The notes below the pieces were generated by a model. The model did not search any database, was not told the origin of the DNA, and saw only the letters and a program-made list of their open reading frames with translations. A DNA stretch of 64,000 nt from Carpediemonas membranifera BICM (taxonomy: Eukaryota > Protista > Fornicata). The stretch spans positions 124,001 through 188,000 of the forward strand of contig JAHDYR010000017.1 in assembly GCA_019828565.1 (NCBI GenBank), in the 5' to 3' direction. Below, in pieces: positions 52,897 through 64,000 of this stretch. Numbering within the stretch: position 1 is the stretch's first letter; every line of letters begins with the position of its first letter. A program made the position numbers and the translations under genes.

Positions 52897-53932
52897 ATGA
52901 CGACCATCGGCGAATGGTGCTTTGTTGACGAAGGTGGAAGCTCTTTAGTGTTTCAATACATCGGCTCTAGCGATGAATACGTGTGTTTCGTGATTTGATC
53001 TTATGTAGAAGAATCATGTTCTGAGAATCACAAAGAACGTCAAAGAACTCGCGCTTGACGATCGTATTCGCCTTGAGAGCATAGTAGAGCCTATAATTAG
53101 GCCTCATATTCTCAAATGGAAGCTCATACCTCTTCCAAGCGACTTTTTGACCCCTCTTCTCGCGTCCTGCAACGCCGTTCGATCCCCACAGCGCATTTCA
53201 TCGCAGAAATCAGTATGCCCCACCGCTATGCTGATGGAAAGCGCATTCAGTGACACAAATACGAACAGAACGCCCCTGTTTGCATTCGAACTGAAGCCAA
53301 AGCGTGGCTTCTGTGATGTGGGGCCGGACGGGAAGAAGCTGGCTGTCTCACACTACAGGAGGCTGCAGCAGTTGAAGCTTGCTACAGGTCAGATCAGAGA
53401 AATCTCAGGATATGATCCAATCGACATATTTAGCGGAGATTTAAGCCGTGTGACCGCAGCAGTCCAGTTTCTACTGGCTAACCCACAGAATAACCTTAAG
53501 ATATTCTCATTCAACGGCAGTTCATCCTCTATCCATCCCGACCTGATCTTCGGCGGCCGCTGCAAAGAACCCTGCCTGCCTGAGTTCGTCAACGCGGTCA
53601 AGATTGCAAAGATTCTGGCCGAATCTGACGCCCTGAAGGCCATACACAATCTCCAGAACCTATCCCAAGATTTTATATCCGATATCAAATCTGTTTTCGA
53701 GACTTTGAACCAACCGTTCGACTGGGCCGGCCAGCCCCTCAGCGCCAGCACGCCCCTGGCCCGTGTTCAGCGGTATCTGATTGCTGCCTCTGCCAATGAC
53801 TGCTCCTTGATAGTGACAGTTTTCACAGATGGTCTGACGAGAGAAAGGGTGGTCGATCTCGACATCAAGGAACCATGGCGTCTGGAGCGGTGGGAGGGGG
53901 TTTATGGTCAGATTGAGGGGCTGGAGGAATGA
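52897..53932 (+). CDS. IPK1: inositol-pentakisphosphate 2-kinase; intron 52981-53008
   Basis: W.FVDEGGSSLVF.Y.G, VLRI, ELKPKRGF, YDPIDIFSG, PQNNLKIF, SANDCSLIV, VVDLDIK; 28-nt intron. Confidence 0.85.
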
Positions 53933-53935
53933 ATT

Positions 53936-55814
53936 ATGGACACGATGCGGATTACGGCACTTACGCGAATCTCCAGATCCCTAATTACCGTTAAATTCCC
54001 GTGTCTCGACGCAGTGGTTCTTCAGAAGGCTCTTCAGCGGCTGGACGCTTGCATTACCGACGTTGACACTGAAATCTCTAGGTTGAACGGCATGGTGCTT
54101 TCCGACGAGAAGATCGATGCCCGCCTCGGCTGGATGGACGCTTCTCGCGCTCTCCTCGCCTCCATGCGCTCTTCGACGCCCAAGAGTGGCAGAGACGTCT
54201 AGCGTGAAGCAATGATTAGCTTGCATTCCATCAGTTTGCGCGAATATGTGGATCTGCCAGGTGACATTCCCACTCTCATGCGAGAGGCCCTTACTCAAGA
54301 GTTTGGCGAGGATATCCCGGACGAAGAGGGCGATGCCAGCAAAGCCACGGCCGAGGAGGTGACTAGCGCGCTCTTGGCCCTCGACCTCCACCATCGCTGT
54401 GCCATCAGCTTTGTCAGACAGGCTGCCGCATCTCTCTCGCACAGCCTCCTGCTGTCCATGAACAGGCCTCTGGCGCCCGGCGAGGACCTCCCACCCCGCC
54501 TATTCACGCTGAACCAGGGCGTGGTGTGGGCGTGTCTCATGGGTGGCGGGGCCAACCCAGACCTCGAGGACAGTGTGCCGGTCGAGGGTCGAAAGCTGTG
54601 GCCAAGCGGGCACATGATCCACGACAAGATCCGCAACGCTCTAACGCCCGAAGGAAAATGCCTCTGGTTCCTCTGCCGCAAGTTCTTCTTCACGATGAAC
54701 GTCGCCGAGAAGGACGGCGAGAGCTATCACTACTCTGGACGAGAGTGTTACTACCACCACCGCATGTACATGGGCCGACTCTTCATGCTTGATCCGGAGC
54801 ATCATACCGCCTTCACCAGGGCCAGGATGCCAAGGGCTCGAGGTCTACAACGACAACTTCACCCACATCGCCATGACGCCCAAGGGCCTGTGGGGCTGGG
54901 GGAATAACAATGATGGCCAGCTGGGGTTCGAGTCATCTGAGTTCGTCGTCCCGACCCGCCTCACCTTCCCCGCTTGCCCAGAGATCGCCGAGCTCGAGGC
55001 CAGCCTGCCCCCTTGGGAGAAGCACAGGATGGTGACAGATGTGTCGATGGATACCTATCGGACATTCATACTCACCCCAGTCGGCACTGTCATGACCGGC
55101 CACATGGTTAACTGGGTTGCCGACCCAGTCGAGGAGGAGAATGAGCACCTCTTCCACCCAGTCGCCGTGCCATCTGGCTTTGTCCCAGATCACATCATGT
55201 TGGATCACTTGACTGTTATCCTCTCCATGGGCAATCAGCAGTTTATCAGCGGGTGGAACCGATGTGGCCGGCTGGGTGTCGGACACGAGAATGAGATGAC
55301 TGGCTTCGTCGACCTGCCCTGTAGGGTCGACCGGATCCTGCAAGTTGCGAGTGACTTCAACGTATTCCTCACCGGCCGCCAGATTCTGTTCGCCGGCGAA
55401 GTCACCCCGCATATCGCCCAGTCGGGCCTGCTACCTGGGTACAGTAAGGGCGACAAGTGCCTCACGGCCACCCCGTTCCGGTTCCCAGAGAGTGTCAAGC
55501 GATTCTGTTGCTTCATGGCTGTAGCTTGGGTCAGCGAGGGCCAGACTCATCTGTTTAATGACGAAGTCCAGTGCTGTGTGCCCTTTGAGGCCACAGGATT
55601 TATCACAAGATATGAAAGTGACACAAGAATCCTTCAAGTCCGCGATGCCCCCGGCCAGTGGTTTGAGGTGCAGGCAGTGTTAGTCTGGGTGGCCGAGATG
55701 GTCGAGTGCGAGGCATCCCATATCCCTCGTATGTACTATCAGATCCCCCCAGTCGACGTCGACCCGTGGCTCGAGCAGTTAATTAGATTCATCCCCCAGT
55801 CAGTGCATGAGTGA
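53936..55814 (+). pseudogene. RCC1/BLIP-II-like repeat protein of an expanded family, interrupted
   Basis: In-frame TAG at 54200-54202, frameshift near 54790-54840; GLWGWGNNNDGQLG, SGWNRCGRLGVG. Confidence 0.65.
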
Positions 55815-56245
55815 GTCGACTCTGCCCGGTCCTGTCCTGGGCCGACGATAAACTTGTCGCAGAGCAGTGTTGTCTGCCTCGGGCGAGTCACCCGCAAAAT
55901 CAGATCCGTAGCATCATGGTCTGCCGATCGCCCAAGATGTAGCATTGATCTGGTGGGGCCAATCCTCTCAGAGGGTCAACGAAACATGTCATTTTGTTGT
56001 ATGTGCTCGTGTATCAGTCGTTGAGCTTCCTCGTCTCAGCTAGGCTCCGATAAACCCGTGATTTGTGTCATGCTCTCAACCGTGTGCCACCCTGCCTAAC
56101 AAATATCACCGTTATGTCTGCAAGATCAGTAGCGGCGGACTGCAGGCCTTTAGGTTGGCTCCCCACGAAGAGATACAGAGCATTTATCAGCTTTATGTGA
56201 GTGGGGTGGCTTCCGTAAATACCATATCGCCTGAAGAATCATTTC

Positions 56246-56806
56246 ATGGGGGGAATCATCAGCAAAGGAGCACGTACAGCCTTTGGTCCTCTTTTCAAGT
56301 CCAAGAAACGCTTCCAGATTCTCTTTGTAGGCCTTGAATCAGCTGGCAAGTCCACCATATTCAAATGGATCACTGATCGTCAGTTTGTCGCCACCAACCC
56401 GACTGTAGGCTTTGATATGGCGAAGCACAGCGTCAAAAACATCGATTTCATGATGTGGGACCTCGGTGGGCAGTATGCGATCCGTCCGCAGTGGCGCCAT
56501 TACTACACGGGCACTTTCCTCATCGTGTTCGTCGTGGACACCGCCAACGAGATGGCTGTCCGTGATGCTGGCGCAGAGCTCCACAACATGCTCCGCGAGT
56601 CCTCGCTGAAGGGCGTTAATCTGCTCATTCTGTTCAACAAGCGCGACCTTCCCAACGCCCTCCCAGAGGACCAGGTGATGAAGCTCATGCGCCTCGAGTC
56701 CATCAGAGATAACCAGTATAGATGCCAGCTCACGTGTGGCCTGAACGGCGAGGGCGTGGAGGAGGCGCTGACCTGGCTCGTCGCCGTCGCCAAGCAGGGC
56801 ATGTGA
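56246..56806 (+). CDS. Arf/Arl-family small GTPase
   Basis: MGG myristoylation site, GLESAGKST, PTVGF, WDLGGQ, NKRD. Confidence 0.93.
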   Translation: MGGIISKGARTAFGPLFKSKKRFQILFVGLESAGKSTIFKWITDRQFVATNPTVGFDMAKHSVKNIDFMMWDLGGQYAIRPQWRHYYTGTFLIVFVVDTANEMAVRDAGAELHNMLRESSLKGVNLLILFNKRDLPNALPEDQVMKLMRLESIRDNQYRCQLTCGLNGEGVEEALTWLVAVAKQGM

Positions 56807-56933
56807 TCCATCGTATGCCCACCACTTGCTGCCGGTATCGATTGTAGAAAGGGTGTTTCTTCAAACAGTATGTATAGCAATGCGGCTCGACATAAATACA
56901 TAAACACTTCATGCAGGGTTACTCATCTTTATC

Positions 56934-57617
56934 TCAGAGCTCATCGGCGAAGATATCCTCGGGCTCGACCTTATCTTCCTCCTCCGCTGCCATAAGCTTA
57001 GCAAGTTCCTCCTCATAGATCTCCTGGCAAGTCTGCGGCCTCCGGTTCGTCTCGGGCTCGATCTCCTCCCAGATTTCCTTCACCAGGTATTCAACACCGG
57101 TTGTGTTGATGTACGTCGGGAACCCAGTGCTCTTGCTTATGTGAAGGTCCATGATGGCATCATCTAGGCTAGCAGTCATGAACTGGAAGGGCTCTGTGAT
57201 TGTAAAGATCCATGTGTCCTCCTTCTCCGACTTGAACTCAAACTTCTCGTCCACGTAATCCGGGTGGAATGGGATGAAGGTCCCCTGCATGGCCGTGCAC
57301 TGCTCGATGCTCTCGTGGTACGTCGTATTGTCCTGGGGGCGGATAGACATCTCCATCTCGAAGGTCTTTTGGTGATCGGAGGTGATTGTCCAATGGGAAA
57401 GAGCCCAGGAGCTGTCATAGTCATCACCAACACCAAAGAAATAGTCGCCGATCACGAAAATGCCTGTAAGCTGAGGCATCGTGTGGCTTTGCATCTGTAC
57501 GCGCATACCCCAGCTGTTAGTCATGATTGGCGCAACCTCCGTTAGTTTAACGGGATCTACTGCGCAGACGCTCGATAAAATGAGTGTTACGGCAAGAGCC
57601 AGAGCTGCTGCGGGCAT
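56934..57617 (-). CDS. secreted acidic hypothetical protein
   Basis: Signal peptide; ends ADEL (ER-retention-like). Confidence 0.7.
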   Translation of the reverse strand: MPAAALALAVTLILSSVCAVDPVKLTEVAPIMTNSWGMRVQMQSHTMPQLTGIFVIGDYFFGVGDDYDSSWALSHWTITSDHQKTFEMEMSIRPQDNTTYHESIEQCTAMQGTFIPFHPDYVDEKFEFKSEKEDTWIFTITEPFQFMTASLDDAIMDLHISKSTGFPTYINTTGVEYLVKEIWEEIEPETNRRPQTCQEIYEEELAKLMAAEEEDKVEPEDIFADEL

Positions 57618-57884
57618 TTAGCGTCGTTTCCTGATGTGCGACTCACCCGACTTGATCTCGCCACGTCACCCAACGTAATGACACACGGGCAACGGCAGTA
57701 GCAGAGACCAGAGTGTGCCGGGTACTGCTATCCCCAACGAGAATGTTGTTGGAATAATCATGCAGGGTTAACCTTTTTCTGCTCAGTTTCCCTGATTGAA
57801 AAATCCAATCTCAACCCGACCAAGCGATAATGCAGTGCATTTACCTATATACCTAATATATATAACAGACCGGGATAAATCAAT

Positions 57885-58964
57885 CTAAATAGACACATCA
57901 GCGAACTCTGCAATGTCCGGGATTGTTGAAATAGTTGCCGGGTCGACTCGCCGCATCCCAGGCACCTGAACCAGCGGCGGCGCTGCCTCAGTGTACTCCG
58001 AGCTCCCCATGCCACCAAAGAAGGATACGGCCTTGGCGATGGGTGGTGCGACAGCGTTCATATCGTCCATGGGAATGCCGAGGGCACTGTCAGGACCTTC
58101 GCGGTGGGGAATAACAAGCTGCTGCACCGGCGCGGGTCTGTTGAAGGGCACGGGCTGGGCGGTAGGCACCGTACTCGCAGGGAAGCCCGTTTCGACCTTG
58201 GCTATGCTGTCAAAGGAATGGTTGTGACGGTTAGTATACTCGATTGTAACGACGCCAGTCTCCTGGTTAGTCTCGACGATTTTCTTGACTGGGCAGTCGG
58301 CGTCGCCCGAATGAGTACAGACGCATCTATAGTACGATCGCTGCATGGGGTGCTCAGTGTTCTTCTGCACCACCTTCTGTCCGTATTTGCGCCACTGCAG
58401 GCCGTCGTCCGAGGGCTCGACACCGTGCGCCAGGACACATATGGTCTTGCAAACCGCAGGAGGCATGGAGCTAGCGCCGGCCTCTGTGTGGTCGCCGGGC
58501 TCGTACTTGATAAGCATAGGGCCCTTGAGCGTATCCACCTGGCGTTCTTCCGTCAGATCCATGTCGTTATTGAGGCATGTCTCCTGTCGCGCCGCTCGAG
58601 CCAACTCCGTTTGCGAGGAGATCTCAAGCGTGGTGATTGCTGGCTTGTGATGTGTGTGCCGCCCTCGGTAAACGGATACGACCATGCCGTCTGCCCTGCG
58701 CGACAGCATCCGTTTGACTGGGCAGTTTGTCGCAGCACACCGGTAGTAGCACGTAACAGAGTTAGAGCCCCCTTTTCCGGTCTTTTGGCCATACTTGCGC
58801 CAGTCAAACCCGTCATTAATGAAGCAGGAGTCGAATGGCTGCTTCTTTGAAGACGGCGAATCCTGCATCGCCAATGCAAGGCAATCAAGCTTTTCCTTCG
58901 AACAAGTGGTATCCGCTGGCCTGCCCAAAGCCAAATTTGCTTGAATTGTATGCCCGCTATGCAT
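57885..58964 (-). CDS. WRKY: WRKY transcription factor with two WRKY domains
   Basis: DGFDWRKYGQK...YYRC....CPVK...H.H and DGLQWRKYGQK...RSYYRC...CPVKK...HNH. Confidence 0.93.
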   Translation of the reverse strand: MHSGHTIQANLALGRPADTTCSKEKLDCLALAMQDSPSSKKQPFDSCFINDGFDWRKYGQKTGKGGSNSVTCYYRCAATNCPVKRMLSRRADGMVVSVYRGRHTHHKPAITTLEISSQTELARAARQETCLNNDMDLTEERQVDTLKGPMLIKYEPGDHTEAGASSMPPAVCKTICVLAHGVEPSDDGLQWRKYGQKVVQKNTEHPMQRSYYRCVCTHSGDADCPVKKIVETNQETGVVTIEYTNRHNHSFDSIAKVETGFPASTVPTAQPVPFNRPAPVQQLVIPHREGPDSALGIPMDDMNAVAPPIAKAVSFFGGMGSSEYTEAAPPLVQVPGMRRVDPATISTIPDIAEFADVSI

Positions 58965-59240
58965 CAGGACGGGGTTATGGTGGAAGAGCGTCGTTTGGTC
59001 AACTTTAGTCAGGCAAAGTCAAGGACAGTCATGCAAGATTTCGACTATGCACACCCGGGCCTGCAACAGTCTCACAAATCAGCATACAAGCCAACTGCTT
59101 TTGTTCCGCCCAATTTTGAGAGAGATTCTGTTTCGTAAGCACGAAACTCCGTCCAATTTGTCACAATGGCGAAACCTCACGATTTTATGATAAGATGCGA
59201 TATGACAGATATTGTGATCTATGCTAGCGTACAAGCACTA

Positions 59241-59693
59241 TCACATATCAGGAGGCATCATTAGACCAGGAGTGATGGCCCCTCCCGCAATGCCGCGACT
59301 GGCCACAACGCGACCCCGCACTGGCGCAGCAGACTTCTCGACAACCATCTGTGTTGAATGAATCGTACTGGTAGACATCGTGGCGATGAACTTTGCGTTC
59401 TTGACCTTGTTGGCTCGGGCGACACGAGGCTCTTCGATGCCTGCAGCACGGTAGTCCACCTGGCAGAGCTCCAAGTTCTGGCGTGTATGCTCTAGCTGTT
59501 CTTGCGATGCAGCATACTTCATTTTGAGGTCAAATTGATGCTTCTTAAGGGCCTTTTGCCTCTCTTTCGCCTCTTTCTCCTTCTGTTTGATCTCCTGCTC
59601 CACATCTGGCTCCTGGGAGGCAATAACGAGATCGAGAGATTCTAATTTTGGCATTTGTGGCGGCGAGGATGCCTTACCCGAGAGTACATCCAT
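59241..59693 (-). CDS. small coiled-coil hypothetical protein (alternative start 59747 overlaps the repeat unit)
   Basis: EQEIKQKEKEAKERQKALKK helix. Confidence 0.55.
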   Translation of the reverse strand: MDVLSGKASSPPQMPKLESLDLVIASQEPDVEQEIKQKEKEAKERQKALKKHQFDLKMKYAASQEQLEHTRQNLELCQVDYRAAGIEEPRVARANKVKNAKFIATMSTSTIHSTQMVVEKSAAPVRGRVVASRGIAGGAITPGLMMPPDM

Positions 59694-59702
59694 TTCCAAG
59701 TC

Positions 59703-59742
59703 TGACTGGGAGGTTCGAAAAATCTGTTTATACTGCGCAACA
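59703..59742 (+). repeat. solo copy of the element-1 right terminal unit
   Basis: 59702-59742 is 38/41 identical to 1331-1371; same 3' boundary (...CTGCGCAACA); no TSD seen. Confidence 0.85.
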
Positions 59743-59826
59743 GCCATTCTCGACCTCTCTGGGCGATACCACCGCGAAAACTACCCGCACCGCCCTTACA
59801 ACACTCAAATAATCATAAATTTACAC

Positions 59827-60393
59827 TCACCTGTGATTCAGGGCGTCCTTGATCATCTTCACTACCCAGTTCCTCAGGGGCGGGATGAAGGTCAGTAGGT
59901 ACCACACCAGCCCCGCATACACTACATGAACCATAAATATAGTAAATAGGATCCAGAGGAGCTGTGCGGCGCTATACCCGACGAGGAGGTATACGGCAGG
60001 CGGCAGAACAAGGTCGAGGAGCGCGGCTACGGCAGAAACTATGAGAGGGATGAACCGAACAGGGTTGATGGTCTTTTTGAGCATGTTGAGCGGCGGCCAG
60101 AGGAAGGGGAAGGCAAGGCAGGACGAAATGATACCAATGATCGTAAGTGCGACAAAGCCAGATGGGGCTTCAAAAACAGATATAGCACCAGCAAATGAGG
60201 CCACGTAGCCGAAAATGAACAAGAATCCTATAACAGGGAAGCGGAGCTTTGGCCCGAAGCCGAGCGGCCTGTATTTCGCGAAAGTGACAGCAAACAACGC
60301 AGTTTCTGACAGATCCGAGACGCTATTCCCATTAGCTACACTGCTGAGCAACGGCCCAGACATCATCCTCGCGGAGCTCAGTGTTGTCGGCAT
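59827..60393 (-). CDS. SFT2/Got1-family vesicle transport membrane protein
   Basis: Four TM segments, FL.PP..MLK....P.R, LVWYLLTFIP. Confidence 0.7.
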   Translation of the reverse strand: MPTTLSSARMMSGPLLSSVANGNSVSDLSETALFAVTFAKYRPLGFGPKLRFPVIGFLFIFGYVASFAGAISVFEAPSGFVALTIIGIISSCLAFPFLWPPLNMLKKTINPVRFIPLIVSAVAALLDLVLPPAVYLLVGYSAAQLLWILFTIFMVHVVYAGLVWYLLTFIPPLRNWVVKMIKDALNHR

Positions 60394-60516
60394 TTGCTTG
60401 GCTTTGACGAAGTCGCCAAGTCATCCTCTCACTGTGCAAACAAGATGACCAAGCACTACTCACCTCTGCCAGCACTACATGACCCAACCGTGCACAGTAT
60501 TTCTCCATTTACTCGC

Positions 60517-61465
60517 TCAATGCAGCCTGAGTGCCACAGCAGTGACGTTGTCTGTTGAGTCCCTATCACACACGGCCTCCTCGCACAGGGACTTCAGGGC
60601 ATCCTCCATCGTCTTACCCTCTGCGAGCCTGGCCTTGAACTCTTTGCCGACCTCTTCGTCGCCGAATACGTCCCAGAGCCCATCGCACGCCATGATGACA
60701 AAATCAGTGTCATCGTTCACATCGACGACGGTCACATCGGGCTTAGACGAGATATAAGGCTTCAAACTGAGGTCACCAATCCCTCTGGCGACTGACAACA
60801 CTCCAGCAACACGACCGACGCTTACGTTGCCCCGGCTTGGGTGAGTAAACGTCTCTGTGATGATCGACCCGCCCGCATCTGTAATACGCTTATACTCTGC
60901 GGGGTTCAGGGGGGAGTGGTCTGTGGTGAGACGCTCGATGCTGCCCTTGCGGACAAGGATACCGCGGCAATCACCAGCGTTCGCTACATACAGCTTCGTG
61001 CCCTCTTCATTTGTTACGAGGAGGGACACAATCGCTGTGGAGCCCGCGAACGAGTTATGGTAGTGCTCGCGGGCAAAAGACCTATCTGTGTACTGGAAAG
61101 CAAGCTCGAGGGCCTTGGTGGGGTTCACCTCGAGGTTCTTGTTCTTGGCAAGCATCTTTGGAAGGGATGCCGCGGCGAAACGGGAGGCTTCGTCGCCACC
61201 GTGTCCGTCAAATATGCCGAGGAATGAATATTTCCCCTCATAGCTGGAGGGAAGGTCTGAGTAAGACGATGCAGGTCTACATACACATGTTCAAATCACA
61301 CAGCTGGTGGGCATCCTCATTGCTTTCGCGAGGCCCGAGAACTGATGACATTGCGCATTCGTGTCCGTGGATTGTTGTCGTCGAGCTAATCCCTTGCGTG
61401 AGGGTTGCATTGTCGATCACAATAACTTCCCCCTCGTCTTCTCTCTCGGGAACCAACGTATCCAT
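60517..61465 (-). CDS. protein phosphatase 2C; intron 61257-61284
   Basis: G.R..NEDAH, GIFDGHGG, GSTA, VANAGDCR, DH.P, ARGIGD, ACDGLWD, DNVT; 28-nt intron. Confidence 0.92.
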
Positions 61466-61854
61466 TGGAATCGATCTGTAGTGTTTTCTGCTGTCTGCGA
61501 AAAGTTTTCGTGCAACGCGAGAACTCTCCAAATAGACGTAGTAGATCGGCACGGGGTGGAGAACTACGCCGAGCAAGGCCATGGAGTATCATAGGACTGG
61601 ACTTTAAATTGCCGAGTTTGACTAATGCGCAGCCTTCTGCTGACCGAGCAAAGCAGGGCGGGATGATTCGGGAAGAATGTTTATGGCGCAGATGCCGTCT
61701 CTGATTGCAAGATTGAGCCCACCCGCATCATCGCCAGCTCGGACTGGGTGACCACAGCGGGGCCGTCATGCGTGTCGCCGGGCATCCCACGCTCATCATA
61801 GCAAGCTGACCCGCGCTTTTCCAGGCCGCGTGGACCCGCACAGAAAAACAGACT

Positions 61855-64000
61855 TTACGCAAACTCATCGTTGGTCGGCTCCTTGACGACGGCCTCCTCG
61901 GAGACCTTGATGAAGACCTCCTCGAGGCTGGGCGAGGCGACGCCCCACTCGACGTAGCCGTGCTTGCCTCGCCCTCCCGCAGGATGCGGGACATCTCGGA
62001 GAGCGACGGCTTGCCGGGCTCGTTGGCGCCAGGGGGCGCGGCGATGAACGTGAAGCTGAGGGAGCCGGCGACGTTCTTCTCGACCTTGAGCGAGTCGCAG
62101 TGCTCGTTCAAGAAGGCCATGCAATCCTCGACGTTGGCTGTGACAAAGCGCTCGTGCTCGGAGACGGAGACGCCGGCGGCGCGGGGAGGGTTGCAGTTCA
62201 TGACGAGGGAGTAGGTCGTGGCGCCGAGCTCCTTCTTGAGGGCCGTGGGGGAGCCGAGGACGGCGACGCGGCCGTCCTTCATGATGGAGAGCCTGTTGCA
62301 GAGGGCGTCGGCCTCTTCCATGGAGTGGGTCGTCAGCAGGATCGTGCGGCCGGCCTTCTTCGCGCGGATGATCTCCCAGAGGCCGCGGCGGGTCTCGGGG
62401 TCGAGGCCGGTGGTGGGCTCGTCGAGCAGGACGACCTCGGGGTCGCCCATAAAGGCGATGGCCACGCACAGGCGGCGGCGCATGCCGCCGGAGTAGGCCG
62501 AGACGTGCTTGGGCAGGTCGCAGGGGCGCTCGAGGCGGACGGAGGCGAGGCCCTCGTAGACCCTCCTTGCCGAGGCGGATCGAGGGCACACCCTTGATGC
62601 GGCCGAAGAAGTTGAGGTGCTCGGCGCCGGTGAGTTCGGGCCAGACGATGTCGTCCTGGGGGCAGACGCCGCAGATCTTGCGGACGTTGCCCATCTGCGT
62701 CTTGATGTCGAAGCCGTGAACGTAGGCGATGCCGGAGGTCGGGTTGACAGTGCCCGCGAGGATGTTGACCGCGGTCGTCTTCCCCGCGCCGTTGTGGCCG
62801 AGCAGGCCGAAGCACTCGTTGCGGCGGATGGCGTAGTTGATGCCGGCGACGGCCTTGACCTCGTGGCGCTTGAAGAGGCCAAACGACTTGAACGACTTGC
62901 GCAGGTCGGCGATGACAATGCCGTAGTTGGAGGCGAGCACCTTGCGGCCCTCCTTGCGCATCTCGATGGCGTCGCAGACGGTCTTGCCCTCGTGCTGGAC
63001 GCGGCGCTCAGACAGCGAGAGGTTCTTCTCGATCTTCTCGCGGCTGGGCACCTTGGAGCGGACGGGCATCCAGGTGCGGGGCAGGAAGGGGAAGTAGAAG
63101 GGCTCGACCGTGTCGGGGGTCGTGGGCATGATGCGGTCGAGGTAGACGCCCAGGCCGCCGAGGATGAAGCCAGAGGCCAAGAGCGACCACGACATCCGTC
63201 CGTAGAAGCCGGTGGGGTCGATAGCGCTCTCGGTGGTCATCGGGTGGCCCGTCGAGGACGTCGAGAAGCCCCAGCCGAGGACGGTCTCGCAGATGCCGAT
63301 CGGGGGAATCCACCAGATGTTCCAGCCCTGCTGGCCGGCCATGGTGGCCTCGAGGGCGACGACGACGTAGGCCATGATCGAGACGATGAGCGTGTACGCC
63401 CATGCGAGGATGGTGCACTGGCGCTCGGACGAGAACAGCGTCGACATGAGGATGGTCTGGCCGGCAGCGGAGACGGACCAGCAGAAGAGGATGAACTCCA
63501 TGCCCCAGACGGACTGGGACGTGAACATGGCGAGGTCGAGGAGGTAGCCGGTGGCGATGAAGACGTTGTTCATCACGAGCGACAGCACGAGGAAGAAGAC
63601 GACCTCGACGAACCAGTACTCGGCGCCCTTGAGGCCGAGCATGCGCATGATCAGGCGCAGCTTGTGCTCCTTCTCGTACACGAGCGACGTCGCCGTGAAG
63701 GGCAGCAGGAAGTGGAAGAGGGGGGTGAAGAAGTAGCCGGCGATGATCGCGACGATGTCGATCGAGTCCGTCCCGTCCTTCGGGTAGTACGCGGTCGACG
63801 CGGTGATATCCACGGTCGTATCAGATTTGTCGTGCCTGACGAATGCCGTCTTGATCAGGTTCAGCGCTTGGGCGATCGATCTGTACTCGGTGGCGTCCTC
63901 GGCGTAGGTGAAGTTGGAGACGAGGTTCAGCTCGAACACGGCGTCGGTCGCGTTCACGTCCGCCTTGGTGAAGACCATGGAGCCCATCGGCGGGTTGATG
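61855..64000 (-). CDS. second ABCA copy (partial, inverted duplicate; two compensating homopolymer indels)
   Basis: Reverse complement of 49330-51475; +1 near 62561 and -1 near 61967. Confidence 0.9.
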   Translation of the reverse strand, partial: INPPMGSMVFTKADVNATDAVFELNLVSNFTYAEDATEYRSIAQALNLIKTAFVRHDKSDTTVDITASTAYYPKDGTDSIDIVAIIAGYFFTPLFHFLLPFTATSLVYEKEHKLRLIMRMLGLKGAEYWFVEVVFFLVLSLVMNNVFIATGYLLDLAMFTSQSVWGMEFILFCWSVSAAGQTILMSTLFSSERQCTILAWAYTLIVSIMAYVVVALEATMAGQQGWNIWWIPPIGICETVLGWGFSTSSTGHPMTTESAIDPTGFYGRMSWSLLASGFILGGLGVYLDRIMPTTPDTVEPFYFPFLPRTWMPVRSKVPSREKIEKNLSLSERRVQHEGKTVCDAIEMRKEGRKVLASNYGIVIADLRKSFKSFGLFKRHEVKAVAGINYAIRRNECFGLLGHNGAGKTTAVNILAGTVNPTSGIAYVHGFDIKTQMGNVRKICGVCPQDDIVWPELTGAEHLNFFGRIKGVPSIRLGKEGLRGPRLRPPRAPLRPAQARLGLLRRHAPPPVRGHRLYGRPRGRPARRAHHRPRPRDPPRPLGDHPREEGRPHDPADDPLHGRGRRPLQQALHHEGRPRRRPRLPHGPQEGARRHDLLPRHELQPSPRRRRLRLRARALCHSQRRGLHGLLERALRLAQGREERRRLPQLHVHRRAPWRQRARQAVALRDVPHPAGGRGKHGYVEWGVASPSLEEVFIKVSEEAVVKEPTNDEFA

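Noticed and set aside
59702-59742. Interpreting this match as the host target of an element-1 guide
   Set aside because: The matching sequence lies inside the TSD-defined element and is homologous to the other termini, so it is element sequence, not guide.
1372-59765. Second-site targets within the window for the putative guides
   Set aside because: By-eye search found no convincing match; a genome-wide search is needed.

Overview
Compact eukaryotic genomic DNA with short intergenic regions and 28-29 nt GT-AG introns. Gene content (Giardia-type cyst wall protein array, two-domain WRKY, ciliary proteins, strumpellin, ADA2, Sir2) points to a fornicate metamonad; a free-living Carpediemonas-like organism is my inference. 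The main discovery is a family of transposase-less mobile elements carrying Fanzor (eukaryotic TnpB/Cas12-type RuvC) genes. Each element is bounded by ~41-bp imperfectly palindromic TGT...ACA units in direct orientation and flanked by a perfect 5-bp target-site duplication (TSD). Element 1 spans 242-1371 (TSD ACATC, RuvC-only Fanzor). Element 2 spans 12275-14842 (TSD CCGGC, near full-length Fanzor). A gene-less mini-element at 32950-33220 (TSD CCTAA) carries two structured ~115-nt modules, and a solo terminal unit sits at 59703-59742. All four lie just upstream of host start codons. Other notable structures: a tandem array of 10 complete plus 1 partial cyst wall protein genes (~948-bp period) with candidate Myb and W-box sites, an unannotated non-LTR retrotransposon endonuclease fragment, a >2.3-kb inverted duplication of an ABCA gene bracketing ~10 kb, and several bacterial-looking genes that contain spliceosomal introns. 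Family assignments rest on motifs recognised by eye; no searches were run.
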